The notes under the pieces are model-generated. The model saw nothing but the letters and a program-made list of their open reading frames with translations. It ran no database searches and had not been told where the DNA came from. From contig CBDHDF010000011.1 in NCBI GenBank assembly GCA_965261545.1, positions 1 to 64,000 of the forward strand: DNA of 64,000 bases, in the 5' to 3' direction. Origin of the DNA: Bdellovibrionales bacterium (GTDB taxonomy: Bacteria > Bdellovibrionota > Bdellovibrionia > Bdellovibrionales > UBA1609). Below are positions 51,798 to 64,000 of the stretch, piece after piece (position 1 is the stretch's first letter; the number at the start of each line of letters is the position of its first letter). Position numbers and translations under genes: made by a program.

Positions 51798-53135
51798 TCA
51801 CTTCGTAGTCACGGTTTCTCCGTGGCACAAATGTATTTGTTCTTCAATGCGAAGAAGCTGATTGTATTTGGCTGTCCTCTCTCCGCGGCAAGGACTTCCC
51901 GTTTTGATTTGTGGACAAGCCCAAGCCACAGCAAGGTCTGAAATGGTGGCGTCTTCGGTCTCACCACTGCGATGGGACATCACCGTAGTCCACCCTGCCT
52001 TATGGGCCATTTTCACAGCCTCCCAAGCCTCTGTGAGAGTGCCCCTTTGGTTGATCTTAATCAAAATGGAATTAGCTGCTTTTTGGTCGATGCCCCTTTC
52101 TAACCGCTCTGTATGTGTCACCAATAAATCATCTCCCACAATCTGAACTCTATTTCCATGGGACTGAGTAAAAAGCTTCCACCCCTCCCAATCGTCTTCA
52201 CTAAAGCCATCTTCAATACTCACCAAAGGATATTTTTTAAGCCAACCACTGTAAATCTCTCCCAATTCATCAGAGGAAATCTGCTTTCCTCCCCAGCTAT
52301 AGGCTCCAGTTTCCCCTTGAAATAGCTCCGTGGCGGCCACATCTAGGGCCATCTGAATATCCTCACCAAGTCGATATCCCGACTTCTCCACCGCCCAAGC
52401 TAAGTAGCTCAAAGCTTCTTCACTGGAGTTTAGTGAGGGCGCAAAGCCACCCTCATCTCCCACGGCTGTAGAGTGCCCCTTTTCATCTAAAAGTTTTTTT
52501 AAGTTCTGAAAAACTTCACATCCAGCACGGAGATTTTCTCGAAAAGAATCCCCCCCCACAGGAACCAGCATAAACTCTTGCACATCCATGCCATTGTTGG
52601 CGTGAGCCCCCCCATTGAAGACATTCATTAAGGGGGTTGGAAGTTTAAAGTTTTTGACGTTGACTTCATGGGCCAAGGATTCAAACAAGAAGGGCTGGGA
52701 AAACTCCGCTGACTGAAAAGGCACCGTTGACTGAGGAGACCCTGTGGAATATTGCCACTGTTCCATGGCCACAGCTTTGGCAAAGGCCATGGAAACACCC
52801 AAGACTCCGTTGGCCCCCAACCTCAATTTATTCTTTGTTCCATCCAAGGAGATGAGGGCTTGGTCCAAATCTCTCTGGGAGGAAAACTCCCTTTTCTCCA
52901 AGCTTTTGGTAATTTCTCCACGAATATGGTTCAGAGCCTTCAAAACTCCTTTGCCTAAAAATCGCTTCATATCACCATCACGAAGCTCATGGGCCTCATG
53001 GGAGCCCGTTGAGGCTCCTGAGGGAACGGAGGCTTGCCCCCATGCCCCCGAGACAAGCCTAAGATGAACTTCCACCGTGGGGTTGCCACGGCTGTCTAAA
53101 ATTTCTCTCCCATGGATATGTTGGATGGTCGACAT
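51798..53135 (-). CDS. eno: Enolase
   Basis: REILDSRGNPTVEV, VPSGASTG, VGDEGGFAP, SHRSGETED. Confidence 0.99.
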   Translation of the reverse strand: MSTIQHIHGREILDSRGNPTVEVHLRLVSGAWGQASVPSGASTGSHEAHELRDGDMKRFLGKGVLKALNHIRGEITKSLEKREFSSQRDLDQALISLDGTKNKLRLGANGVLGVSMAFAKAVAMEQWQYSTGSPQSTVPFQSAEFSQPFLFESLAHEVNVKNFKLPTPLMNVFNGGAHANNGMDVQEFMLVPVGGDSFRENLRAGCEVFQNLKKLLDEKGHSTAVGDEGGFAPSLNSSEEALSYLAWAVEKSGYRLGEDIQMALDVAATELFQGETGAYSWGGKQISSDELGEIYSGWLKKYPLVSIEDGFSEDDWEGWKLFTQSHGNRVQIVGDDLLVTHTERLERGIDQKAANSILIKINQRGTLTEAWEAVKMAHKAGWTTVMSHRSGETEDATISDLAVAWACPQIKTGSPCRGERTAKYNQLLRIEEQIHLCHGETVTTK

Positions 53136-53149
53136 ATTTCACCTTTCTT

Positions 53150-54274
53150 CTACTTCACGTTATCTTCTAGAGAAGAAACCCTAAGAAGTGCTTTTTCACT
53201 GGCTTTCTCCTCGCTGGTTTTTTCCTCCAAAACTGACTTCATCTCATGGGCCTGAGCACTGAGCTCACTGATATGGTCAAGGCCCGCTTGGACCACATGG
53301 GGAAATTGAGTCCTCACGGTATCCCATTGAATGCGCTTCATGGCCTCCTTCACTTGCTTATCTTTTCGATCTTGTCCCACAAGTAAAACCACAAGCTGTT
53401 GGGTTCGAGTGATATAGTCACTCAAACACATCCATGATTTGTAGATATCTCTAAGAGAAACAAAGATTTTCTCTTCCAAACCTTTTTCTTTCCAATCTTT
53501 ACCTTTTTTTTCTTTCCAGTCTTTTTCTTGCTCCTCCACTTTAGGAAGTTGAGATGTTTTTTTCCATGGAGTGGCTTCAAGCTGAGATTTCAATTCCTCG
53601 ATTTCAAATTTTTGGTCTTCGATTTCACGGTTTTTGTTCTCCAACTTCTTCTCTGTGCTTTCAAGGGTCAATAAAAGGTTTTGGACAAACTCGGGTTTAA
53701 ATTGCTTCACCTCCATTTCTTTGAGTTCTTTTTGTCGGTCTTCCCAATCCACATAAAGCTCATTTTTTTTCCACTCAATGTGTGCCATGGGCCGGTTCAT
53801 AAACTGGGGCAAGGATTCTAAGGATGCCTTGAGATATGTGCAAAATAAAGGGTATTCATCATGGGAAATGGGTAATTCAAATGAAACATGTTGGGTATTT
53901 AGAGGATCTTTCATAAGCACATTACCCACAGGTGGAGCCGGTGAAATAAAATAAGAGATAAACCTCTGGGGTTGTATAAAAATATCTTTAGGAGACATCA
54001 TCATTCTCAAAACGCTATCTAAGACTCCCCAAGATTGCAGCTTATAGCTGCAATGCCCTGTGGCTTCACACACATTGTCAATAGCAAGGGAGGGGCCGTA
54101 GACTTCTTGAACTTGTTCTAAAAACTTCTCCACTTGGTTGGCAGTCAACCAATAGCTAGGGTCCCTTAGAAAATCCAATGACAGATCAGTGATATCTTCA
54201 AGCTTATCTAGGTCTCCCCCGCTTTGGGACAAATAAGAAACAATGGAGTTTGTGACTTTTCCACTAAAATACAT
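53150..54274 (-). CDS. Hypothetical protein with central coiled coil
   Basis: 374-aa ORF co-oriented with its neighbours; no family recognised. Confidence 0.75.
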   Translation of the reverse strand: MYFSGKVTNSIVSYLSQSGGDLDKLEDITDLSLDFLRDPSYWLTANQVEKFLEQVQEVYGPSLAIDNVCEATGHCSYKLQSWGVLDSVLRMMMSPKDIFIQPQRFISYFISPAPPVGNVLMKDPLNTQHVSFELPISHDEYPLFCTYLKASLESLPQFMNRPMAHIEWKKNELYVDWEDRQKELKEMEVKQFKPEFVQNLLLTLESTEKKLENKNREIEDQKFEIEELKSQLEATPWKKTSQLPKVEEQEKDWKEKKGKDWKEKGLEEKIFVSLRDIYKSWMCLSDYITRTQQLVVLLVGQDRKDKQVKEAMKRIQWDTVRTQFPHVVQAGLDHISELSAQAHEMKSVLEEKTSEEKASEKALLRVSSLEDNVK

Positions 54275-54413
54275 AGTTCTTTTTTTAGCTCAAGCTCAGA
54301 AGAATAGGAACCTCTATAACAACAATGGAGAATAATAAAGAAACTTTACGCGACAAGCCAAATGGCAAATGATAATGACGGCGCCCAAATTTCCATAGAG
54401 TTTCTAGGTGAAT

Positions 54414-55274
54414 CTACTTTAAAATCAAATGCTCTAATTGAAATACCTCGTCATCTGTGAGTTCAATGTTGAGGAACTTGAGATCCTCCTCCATGTGATG
54501 TTTCTGGGTAGTGCCTGTGAGAGGAATCATACCTAATCGGCGAGAAAAATTAAAAATAATTTCAGGCAAAGGTCGCATAAGTTTTTCAATAATGTGAACA
54601 ATCAGGGGGTTTTTGAATTCCTTCACATTAGCTGTGAGGAGAGAAAACCCCTGATAGACCACATCGTTTTGTTGAGCCACCAACCGCACATCTCTGTCCC
54701 ACCCCAATGAGGCAAAACAGCGATTTTGAACAAATTGGGGGTTCACCTTGGATTTTTCACAGAGCAATGCCAACTGAAGGGCACTGAAGTTAGACACACC
54801 TAGATGCCGAACAAGGCCCTCATCGTAAAGGTCTTCCATGGCTTCCCATGTTTCCCAATCCTCTGCCGAGAGTACACTCTGATTAAAGGGACCATGTAAG
54901 ATGTAAGAATCAATATAGTCTGTCTTCAAATGTTCTAGAGAACTCTCAAAGGACTGTTGAACTTGATCTGTGTAAGAGTCATACTCGTCATAGGGCTTTC
55001 TGTGATCTTGCCCACGGGCATAGGTGAATTTTGTTTGGAGAAATAAATCTTCCCTAGAAAGAGATGATCTTTCATAAAATTGAGACAGTCCCTCTCCCAC
55101 CCCCGCTTCAAAATAGTGCTTTCTTTGATTGGCAGTATCAATGGCACGAAACCCGCACTCTAGGGCTTGAGTGACAAGATGAGCGGTGGCCTCTTCTTTC
55201 CAGGCCGTACCATAAATAATGATGGGAAAATAATTGGAGAAAAAGGGATTAAGTAAGGGGTCAGGGGTCTCCAA
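54414..55274 (-). CDS. Aldo/keto reductase
   Basis: IIYGT, GFRAIDTA, REDLFLQTK, DYIDSYILH, LGVSNF. Confidence 0.92.
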   Translation of the reverse strand: METPDPLLNPFFSNYFPIIIYGTAWKEEATAHLVTQALECGFRAIDTANQRKHYFEAGVGEGLSQFYERSSLSREDLFLQTKFTYARGQDHRKPYDEYDSYTDQVQQSFESSLEHLKTDYIDSYILHGPFNQSVLSAEDWETWEAMEDLYDEGLVRHLGVSNFSALQLALLCEKSKVNPQFVQNRCFASLGWDRDVRLVAQQNDVVYQGFSLLTANVKEFKNPLIVHIIEKLMRPLPEIIFNFSRRLGMIPLTGTTQKHHMEEDLKFLNIELTDDEVFQLEHLILK

Positions 55275-55333
55275 TAGATGCTCCTTTTAGATGCTTCTTT
55301 TAAAAGATTTCTTTGAGTCTAGTTGATAACCCA

Positions 55334-57705
<2,372 letters not shown>

Positions 57706-57995
57706 ATTAAAATCCGACCATATTAAATAAAATCCGAATGATTCATGCCAGGCTTAGGAGTTAGGAGTTAGGGGTTTGGGGGCCTGGTGCCCATGTCATC
57801 CGTGCCCATAATCCACATGTATCTGTATAACTATGGTATATGTATGTACAGCATATGTCAGCAATTCCTAAAATAACCCTACATTCATAGATTTCTCCTC
57901 AAAGCAAAGCCGAAAAATCTCGCCGGGAATTTCTGAGCATATGTTATTATATTTGCCTATGTTATTGCACTTGCTGTATTGTATTTGCTGTATGT

Positions 57996-58082
57996 GCGCC
58001 AGTGCTGGAATTGGTAGACAGGCCAGCTTGAGGGGCTGGTGCTCGCAAGGGCGTGGTGGTTCAAGTCCACTCTGGCGCACCA
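57996..58082 (+). tRNA. tRNA-Leu (anticodon GAG)
   Basis: Acceptor stem GCGCCAG/CTGGCGC plus ACCA; anticodon arm CCAGC-TTGAGGG-GCTGG; long variable arm; GGTTCAAGTCC. Confidence 0.97.
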
Positions 58083-58133
58083 TTTCTCAGATTCACCCGG
58101 ACTGTGACCTTCTTCAGAGCTGGAATGTGATTT

Positions 58134-59177
58134 ATGATTGAGGTTGAGAATTTATCAAAAAACTATGGCCCAAGAACAGCCATTAAAGGACTTCACTTTT
58201 CTATAAAAAAAGGTGAAATCGTTGGCTTTCTAGGCCCCAATGGAGCGGGAAAAACGACCACCATGAAAATCATCACTGGCTTTATGCCAGCCACCCAAGG
58301 AACGGTGAGGGTGGATGGTCTCGATGTCTTTGAGCAACCCCTTGCTGTCAAAAAGAAAATAGGTTATTTGCCAGAAATTCCTCCCGTTTACGGGGATATG
58401 AAAGTTGAAGAGTATTTGAAGTTTGTTGCAGCCATTAGAGGTGTCCCTCGCCCCAAACTCAAAGAAAAAGTCGCTAAGGCCATCCAGAAAGTTCAATTGG
58501 AGGAAGTCCAAAAAAGGCTGATTCAAAACCTCTCCAAGGGCTTTCGCCAGCGAGTGGGCCTAGCTCAAGCCTTAGTATCCGACCCTGAAGTGCTTATTCT
58601 GGATGAACCCACTGTGGGGCTAGACCCCAAGCAAGTCGCCCATATGAGAAAACTGATCCTTGGGCTCAAGGGACACCATACAGTGATATTATCCACTCAT
58701 ATTCTTCCGGAGGTTCAGGCCAGTTGCGAAAAGGTCATTATCATCAACAAGGGGGAAATTGTTGCCCAAGACAATATTTGGGGGCTGGCTCAGAAAATAT
58801 CACAATCTAAGGGAAGCCGCATTGTTGTGAAAGTAAAAAAAGTCCACAACGAGCTACTTCAATCCTTAAGAAATCTTCAAGGGGTCCAAGAGGCCTCTTT
58901 TCTCTCAGAGAAAAAAGATGGTTTTCTCATTTATGGGAACCATTTTCATGAGAACCATGAACTTGTAGAGACAATTGCTCAGCATGTCATACAGTCGGGG
59001 GCCGGCCTTATAGAGATTAGACCCGACAGTATCAACTTAGAAAATATATTTATTCAACTCACATCAACTCAACTCACAGCAAACCAACTCACACCAACGA
59101 CAACAAATCCTTCTAGTCACTCTAGGGACTCCCATCACTCCAGCCGCTCCAATCACTGCAAAAAGGAACTCCCATGA
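58134..59177 (+). CDS. ABC transporter ATP-binding protein (GldA-like)
   Basis: GPNGAGKTT, LSKGFRQR, ILDEPTVGLDP. Confidence 0.94.
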   Translation: MIEVENLSKNYGPRTAIKGLHFSIKKGEIVGFLGPNGAGKTTTMKIITGFMPATQGTVRVDGLDVFEQPLAVKKKIGYLPEIPPVYGDMKVEEYLKFVAAIRGVPRPKLKEKVAKAIQKVQLEEVQKRLIQNLSKGFRQRVGLAQALVSDPEVLILDEPTVGLDPKQVAHMRKLILGLKGHHTVILSTHILPEVQASCEKVIIINKGEIVAQDNIWGLAQKISQSKGSRIVVKVKKVHNELLQSLRNLQGVQEASFLSEKKDGFLIYGNHFHENHELVETIAQHVIQSGAGLIEIRPDSINLENIFIQLTSTQLTANQLTPTTTNPSSHSRDSHHSSRSNHCKKELP

Positions 59178-60010
59178 ACAATATCACAAACGTGCTAAGC
59201 CTGATAAGAAGCATAGTCCATGGACTCTTTAGAAATATCTTTATCATTGCATGGAGGGATATAAAAAGTATCATGACAAGTCCTACCTTTTTAATGATCG
59301 GCTTTTTCTGCACCCTTGTTTGGGCTCTTTCCTACTACAACATTCTCCACAAGTTTGACCAGATTATTTCTCAACCTCCCCAACTTGTTGCCTCCGCAGG
59401 GTATCGAAATATTCACCTCCAAGTCTTTGGGAATTACTTATCAAGCCCCGTTCACCTTATTCTCCTCCTTTCCATTCCGGCGACAACCATGAGACTTCTC
59501 GCCGAAGAAAAAAGGCAAGGCACCTACGACCTCCTCTTAACATCACCCATTTCAGCCACTCAAATTGCTTTGGGCAAGTATCTTGCCGGCCTTACCCTTG
59601 CCATGACCCTACTGATGCTCGCTTTAACTTACCCTCTTCTCACGTCTTTCTTTGTGGACTTTCCCATGGGTCCCCTTTGGACCTCTTTTTTAGGTTTTTC
59701 TCTCCTTGTTGCAAGCTATGTGGCTGTAGGGCTATTTGCCTCCTCTCTCACCTCATCAATGATGTTAAGTGTTGCCTTTGGTATTCTTTTCAATATCACC
59801 CTTCTCATTATCTCTGCGGGTGCAGAGGTCATCGACACTCCTTTTCTTGCCTCCTTTTTCAATCACATTTCCATCGGCCAGCAGTTACAGGGTTTTTTAC
59901 TAGGAAATCTTAAAACCCACTCCGTGGTTTTCTTTTTGAGTTTTATCAGCTTATTTGTTTTTCTCACTCAAAGAATCATTGAGTCTTCCAGATGGAGGCG
60001 TTCTCAGTGA
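59174..60010 (+). CDS. ABC-2 permease (GldF-like)
   Basis: TMRLLAEEKRQGTYDLLLTSP...LGKY and multiple TM segments. Confidence 0.9.
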   Translation: MNNITNVLSLIRSIVHGLFRNIFIIAWRDIKSIMTSPTFLMIGFFCTLVWALSYYNILHKFDQIISQPPQLVASAGYRNIHLQVFGNYLSSPVHLILLLSIPATTMRLLAEEKRQGTYDLLLTSPISATQIALGKYLAGLTLAMTLLMLALTYPLLTSFFVDFPMGPLWTSFLGFSLLVASYVAVGLFASSLTSSMMLSVAFGILFNITLLIISAGAEVIDTPFLASFFNHISIGQQLQGFLLGNLKTHSVVFFLSFISLFVFLTQRIIESSRWRRSQ

Positions 60011-61605
60011 GTCGTTGGTGTAAAATTGGATGGACCATCTTTGTTATTTCTTTTTTTATACTCATAGGGACTCGCTTTGTATTGGCTGGATGGACACCGA
60101 TCCTCTTTATTCCCTTGGGTCTGGTGGTTGGAAGCTTTATGTTTTCCGCTCTCATCGACATGAAATACTACCTTGAGTTTTTCACCATGCGCTCCACCAA
60201 GCATGGCCTCAATATGGGAGCTATGATCGCCCTTTTTCTCATACTTATCACTGCAATCAATGCACTCTCTATACGGCACAGCCTCTCTTGGGACCTTACG
60301 GAGGAAAAAGTTCACAGTCTCTCCCCATCCACTTTGGACTTCCTCAAAACATTAAAAGACAAAAAAACAGAAGTGACCATCACTGTTTTTTACCTCGGTT
60401 TTGAAGCTAGAGAAGCTAAGATCACAGCAAAAGAAGTACTACAAAGATACCAGGCCCAATCCCCTCATATCAGGGTTCGCTACGTTGATGCCTATGTTCA
60501 CAAAGAAAAGGCCCACAAATACCTCAAGGGATCCAACTTTGGTAACATCACAGCTTTTGTGGAATCCAGTCATCGAGGAAATAGGGATAACAATAATAGC
60601 TCTAAGAGAATTCAAGTATTGACCCCTCTTCTTGAAGAGAAACTCACACCCGCCCTCATAAAAGTCACCCGAGGAGAAACTAAGAAAATTTATTTTTTAG
60701 TAGGGCATGGAGAGCGCTCTATTTCCAATGGAGATGCCGTTGGTATCAAGTCCTTTGCTCAAGCTCTAGAGAGAGTCTCCTACGAAGTTGAAGAACTTAA
60801 TTTATTCAATACAAAGGTAGTTCCTAGTGATGCCAGTGCTCTCGTTGTGGCAGGCCCAGAATTTCCCTATATTCTCTCAGAACTCAAATCCATAGAAAAG
60901 TTTCTCAAAGAAGGAGGGAGACTTATGATCGCCTTGGATCCCCACCAAAAGCATCAATTCTCCCGTTGGTTATTGCAATGGGGTGTGAAATTCGTAGATA
61001 ACCTAGTCATCAGCCCCTTTGTGACTCTTACGGGAAGAGGACAAACAGTCACCGCAGGAAGAATTTATGATGAAACCCACGAAGTCACTCGCCAAATGAA
61101 ATGGAACACACTCACATTTTTTGACTGGACCAGCGAACTCTCCAAAATAAATACTATGAATATGATAAATATGAATAATGTAAATGTGACAGAACTCATT
61201 AAAACGGATGGTAACGCTGTGAGTGTAGCTCTCACACCCAGCGGAGGAAAGGCCAAGGCTGGAAGCCCTCGCCAAAGAGTGATTGCCATGGCTGTAAGTG
61301 GCACCTACAGCGACAAAAACAACAAAAATCACCAAAGGGAGTTTCGCTTGCTGGTTTTTGGAGATAGTGACTTTCTATCTGAAAAGGATATTTCTCTCTA
61401 CGCCAATATGGAGCTTGCTTTGAACTCCATGGCCTATTTGGCCGGTGAGGAAGATGTCCTGGGAATTACGCCCAAGGCATGGTCAAACACTCCCACAAAA
61501 ATGACTTCCTATCAAATGCGCGGACTTTTTCTCGGCGGTTTGGCCCTTCCCATGATCCTTCTTATACTGGCTGGAATTGTTTTCCACAAGCGTCGAAATA
61601 TGTGA
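60007..61605 (+). CDS. GldG-like ABC auxiliary protein
   Basis: WDLTEEKVHSLS, IYFLVGHGE, LLVFGDSDF, C-terminal TM. GTG start overlaps the upstream TGA. Confidence 0.88.
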   Translation: MSRWCKIGWTIFVISFFILIGTRFVLAGWTPILFIPLGLVVGSFMFSALIDMKYYLEFFTMRSTKHGLNMGAMIALFLILITAINALSIRHSLSWDLTEEKVHSLSPSTLDFLKTLKDKKTEVTITVFYLGFEAREAKITAKEVLQRYQAQSPHIRVRYVDAYVHKEKAHKYLKGSNFGNITAFVESSHRGNRDNNNSSKRIQVLTPLLEEKLTPALIKVTRGETKKIYFLVGHGERSISNGDAVGIKSFAQALERVSYEVEELNLFNTKVVPSDASALVVAGPEFPYILSELKSIEKFLKEGGRLMIALDPHQKHQFSRWLLQWGVKFVDNLVISPFVTLTGRGQTVTAGRIYDETHEVTRQMKWNTLTFFDWTSELSKINTMNMINMNNVNVTELIKTDGNAVSVALTPSGGKAKAGSPRQRVIAMAVSGTYSDKNNKNHQREFRLLVFGDSDFLSEKDISLYANMELALNSMAYLAGEEDVLGITPKAWSNTPTKMTSYQMRGLFLGGLALPMILLILAGIVFHKRRNM

Positions 61606-61630
61606 GAATGACCTAAACATCAGGTGTTTT

Positions 61631-62791
61631 ATGAAACCATGGACAAAAACATCAATTTTTGCTTTTCTTGTCGCCATCATTGCGTCTTGGTCCTATTGGG
61701 ATTTCCAAAGGGGCCAAGAACAAAATCTTTCTAAATCCATTCAGTATCGAATTTTTCCAGAGATCGAAGGCTCAAGACTTGATACTGTGATTGTTAAGAA
61801 AAGATCTTTTTCTAAGGAAAAAAAAATTATTAAAGAGGAAGTTATTAAAGAGAAAAATGCTTTTAAACAAGCTATTAAGCAAAAAGATTTTCGAAGATCA
61901 AATCAACAAATCCTTGAGCTGCAAGCACGAGATGGTCAGTGGGAAATTCTGCACCCCCCCTTAGGAAAAGGAGATGCCACTTCCATTGATACATTTTTAT
62001 TCAAACTTCTAGAGCAGGACATCTACAGAGTGAAGAAAGAAAAAAATATGCCAAAGAAGACTCCATGGGGTCAGTATGGATTTAAAGGGCCCACTCCATC
62101 TATTCTTTTTTACTTGAAAACAAAGGAGGGAAAAGAGTTTCAAATAGAAGTCTCCCAGTCCCCCTCTTTTGATGGACGTTATTATTTGAGAAAGAACAAC
62201 CAGCTCTTTATTGGCCAAAGCCTATGGAGAGAACTCATCGGAATAAACCCCAATGCCCTAAGAAGCAAGCGTCTATGGCCCCAAGAGCTTTCCATCCAGT
62301 CCGTCCGATTTACAAACCATAGTGGAAGGGCTCCCAAAGATACCATAATTCCCAAGGATCCCATAACTCCCGTAAAATCTTTCCAAATTCTTTTGCAAGA
62401 TAGCAACAACAACAATAATAATAATAAGTGGAAGTGGAAAAACCACCAGGGATTTGAAATCGACTCCCTGAAAGTAAAGTCCTTTGTTCACAATCAAATT
62501 ATGGAAGCTCAAATCATTCATTTTGTGGAAAAGAACAAAGCTCAGCTTGCCAAATACAATCTGAAAGAACCCTTTGGTCAACTGTCTATCACTCCATATT
62601 CTCACAAGCACCAATCTATGGATCAAGATGATACCATCCATTGGATGTTCACGGATCCCTTTCAAGATAAAGTATTTATGGTGTCTTCAAAAAAATCAGG
62701 GATCTACCAAGTTTCTCCCCTATTGGCTCGCCAGTGGCTCAAAACCCCCAATGACTTTAAAAAGGAGTCTAAAAATGCATATTCATATTAA
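61631..62791 (+). CDS. DUF4340-like protein
   Basis: N-terminal anchor and two repeats with YG/YNL..P motifs. Typical fourth gene of Gld-type ABC clusters. Confidence 0.7.
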   Translation: MKPWTKTSIFAFLVAIIASWSYWDFQRGQEQNLSKSIQYRIFPEIEGSRLDTVIVKKRSFSKEKKIIKEEVIKEKNAFKQAIKQKDFRRSNQQILELQARDGQWEILHPPLGKGDATSIDTFLFKLLEQDIYRVKKEKNMPKKTPWGQYGFKGPTPSILFYLKTKEGKEFQIEVSQSPSFDGRYYLRKNNQLFIGQSLWRELIGINPNALRSKRLWPQELSIQSVRFTNHSGRAPKDTIIPKDPITPVKSFQILLQDSNNNNNNNKWKWKNHQGFEIDSLKVKSFVHNQIMEAQIIHFVEKNKAQLAKYNLKEPFGQLSITPYSHKHQSMDQDDTIHWMFTDPFQDKVFMVSSKKSGIYQVSPLLARQWLKTPNDFKKESKNAYSY

Positions 62792-63773
62792 ATCTCCCAC
62801 TCGTGTGGATCTATCTGGTGGCACTCTCGACTGCTGGCCTCTGTACCACCTCATTGATGGCCCCTGCCACACAATCAACTTGTCTATTAATATTTCCACA
62901 GAAGTTCATCTTCAAAAAAGAACTGACTCCAAGATTTTTATCAAAATTGACAACTTTCGTTACGAGAAAGAATTTAATCACCTTGAGGAATGTCTTCAAA
63001 GCCCTGATAAAGAACTCCTCCTATTAATGCCCCATTTAGTCTATTGGAAACCTCATTTACTTCACTTTGGTTTTAAAATGGGAACATCTTCCCAAAGCCC
63101 TGTGGGAGGTGGGCTTGGAGGAAGTTCCAGCCTATGTGTCAGCCTTATAAAAGCTTTTTCCAACCTCTGCCACCAACCCATGGGTCCCTCCGAAATTGTG
63201 GATTTAGCCTCTCATATGGAGACTCGAACTCTCAAAACAGTGACAGGAACACAGGATTACTACCCTGCTCTTCAGCCGGGCCTTCACCTCATGACATACC
63301 ACTTTGGCACCCAATGGGAGATTCTCCCATTTGATAAAGAGTTTTTTCAAAGTCATATGATTCTTGTGTACACGGGACGGCCCCACCACTCGGGACTCAA
63401 CAATTGGCAAGTCATCAAAGCCGCAGTGGAAAAAGACTCAAAAACCTTAAAGCTTCTCTCTCGAATCGCTCAAATTTCCATTCATATGGAAAAAGTTTGC
63501 CGTGAAAAAGATTGGAATCAGCTTCCCTTTCTCTTTCAAGAGGAATTCCATGCACGAATCCAACTTAGCTCCTCATTTACAAGTCCTGAAATTGAAAAAC
63601 TCCAGAAAATCACCTTACAAAGTGGAGCTGAGGCCATTAAAATATGTGGTGCGGGCGGAGGAGGCTGTGTCATGGTGTGGTCATCACCAGAGCGCAGGGA
63701 CCAGGTGATCGCTGAATGCCAGAAACACTCATTTCAAGTCATAGAAGTCAAGCCCGCAGACGAACTCCATTAA
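62775..63773 (+). CDS. GHMP-family sugar kinase (HddA-like)
   Basis: SPTRVDLSGGTLD, PVGGGLGGSS, GTQD, KICGAGGGG. ATG 62775 follows AAGGAG. Confidence 0.88.
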   Translation: MHIHIKSPTRVDLSGGTLDCWPLYHLIDGPCHTINLSINISTEVHLQKRTDSKIFIKIDNFRYEKEFNHLEECLQSPDKELLLLMPHLVYWKPHLLHFGFKMGTSSQSPVGGGLGGSSSLCVSLIKAFSNLCHQPMGPSEIVDLASHMETRTLKTVTGTQDYYPALQPGLHLMTYHFGTQWEILPFDKEFFQSHMILVYTGRPHHSGLNNWQVIKAAVEKDSKTLKLLSRIAQISIHMEKVCREKDWNQLPFLFQEEFHARIQLSSSFTSPEIEKLQKITLQSGAEAIKICGAGGGGCVMVWSSPERRDQVIAECQKHSFQVIEVKPADELH

Positions 63774-63824
63774 TACAATCGAAGTGTCAGGAGAGTTTGG
63801 AGACCCTTACGAATATCATTCATC

Positions 63825-63998
63825 TTATTCAAAAAGGCTGGGGTCGTATTCTTCAACAGGTATCTCAAACCCTTCCTTAGACTCTTTTTGACGCTCTTCT
63901 GTATGCAATTCATTGATTTCTTGAATCAGTTCTTTTTCACCTTCTCCACGATATTTTTTATGAACTTCTTGGCTTCCACTGAGGTGACCTCTGGGACT
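63825..63998 (-). CDS. 3' end of an unidentified gene running off the window
   Basis: Open frame SPRGHLSGS...EEYDPSLFE* reaches the window edge. Confidence 0.5.
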   Translation of the reverse strand, partial: SPRGHLSGSQEVHKKYRGEGEKELIQEINELHTEERQKESKEGFEIPVEEYDPSLFE

Positions 63999-64000
63999 CC

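Noticed and set aside
57868..58141. Small ORFs over tRNA-Leu, and the tRNA as an island attachment site
   Set aside because: The ORFs are translations of the tRNA; no integrase or duplicated tRNA 3' end was seen.

Overview
This is a chromosomal segment of a bacterium, probably Bdellovibrionota-like (inferred from protein content and gene order; not confirmed by a search). Positions 1-14138 are almost entirely insertion sequences, most of them nested: three different IS21-family elements, an IS4, two IS66 copies, a tandem ISNCY pair and a 60-bp MITE. Most boundaries and target duplications can be read directly from the sequence. A second IS4 copy, itself interrupted by an ISL3, lies at 24641-27786. 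The rest is core genome: dprA, an AAA+/DUF4143 ATPase, speA, hppD, uppP, amgK/murU-like genes, mutY, speB, tolB, the rimP-nusA-infB-rbfA-truB-rpsO-pnp cluster, psd, eno, queA-tgt, tRNA-Leu(GAG), a Gld-type ABC cluster and a GHMP kinase. The main leads are: (1) one ~95-bp covarying hairpin carrying perfect DnaA boxes, found downstream of the transposition genes of two unrelated IS families; (2) a signal-peptide-bearing DddK/DddW-like (DMSP lyase-like) bicupin; (3) an ISNCY end-to-end junction with a foreign TANNTA spacer; (4) a perfect 24-bp palindrome over the DUF4143 ATPase promoter; (5) pervasive short tandem duplications inside housekeeping genes.
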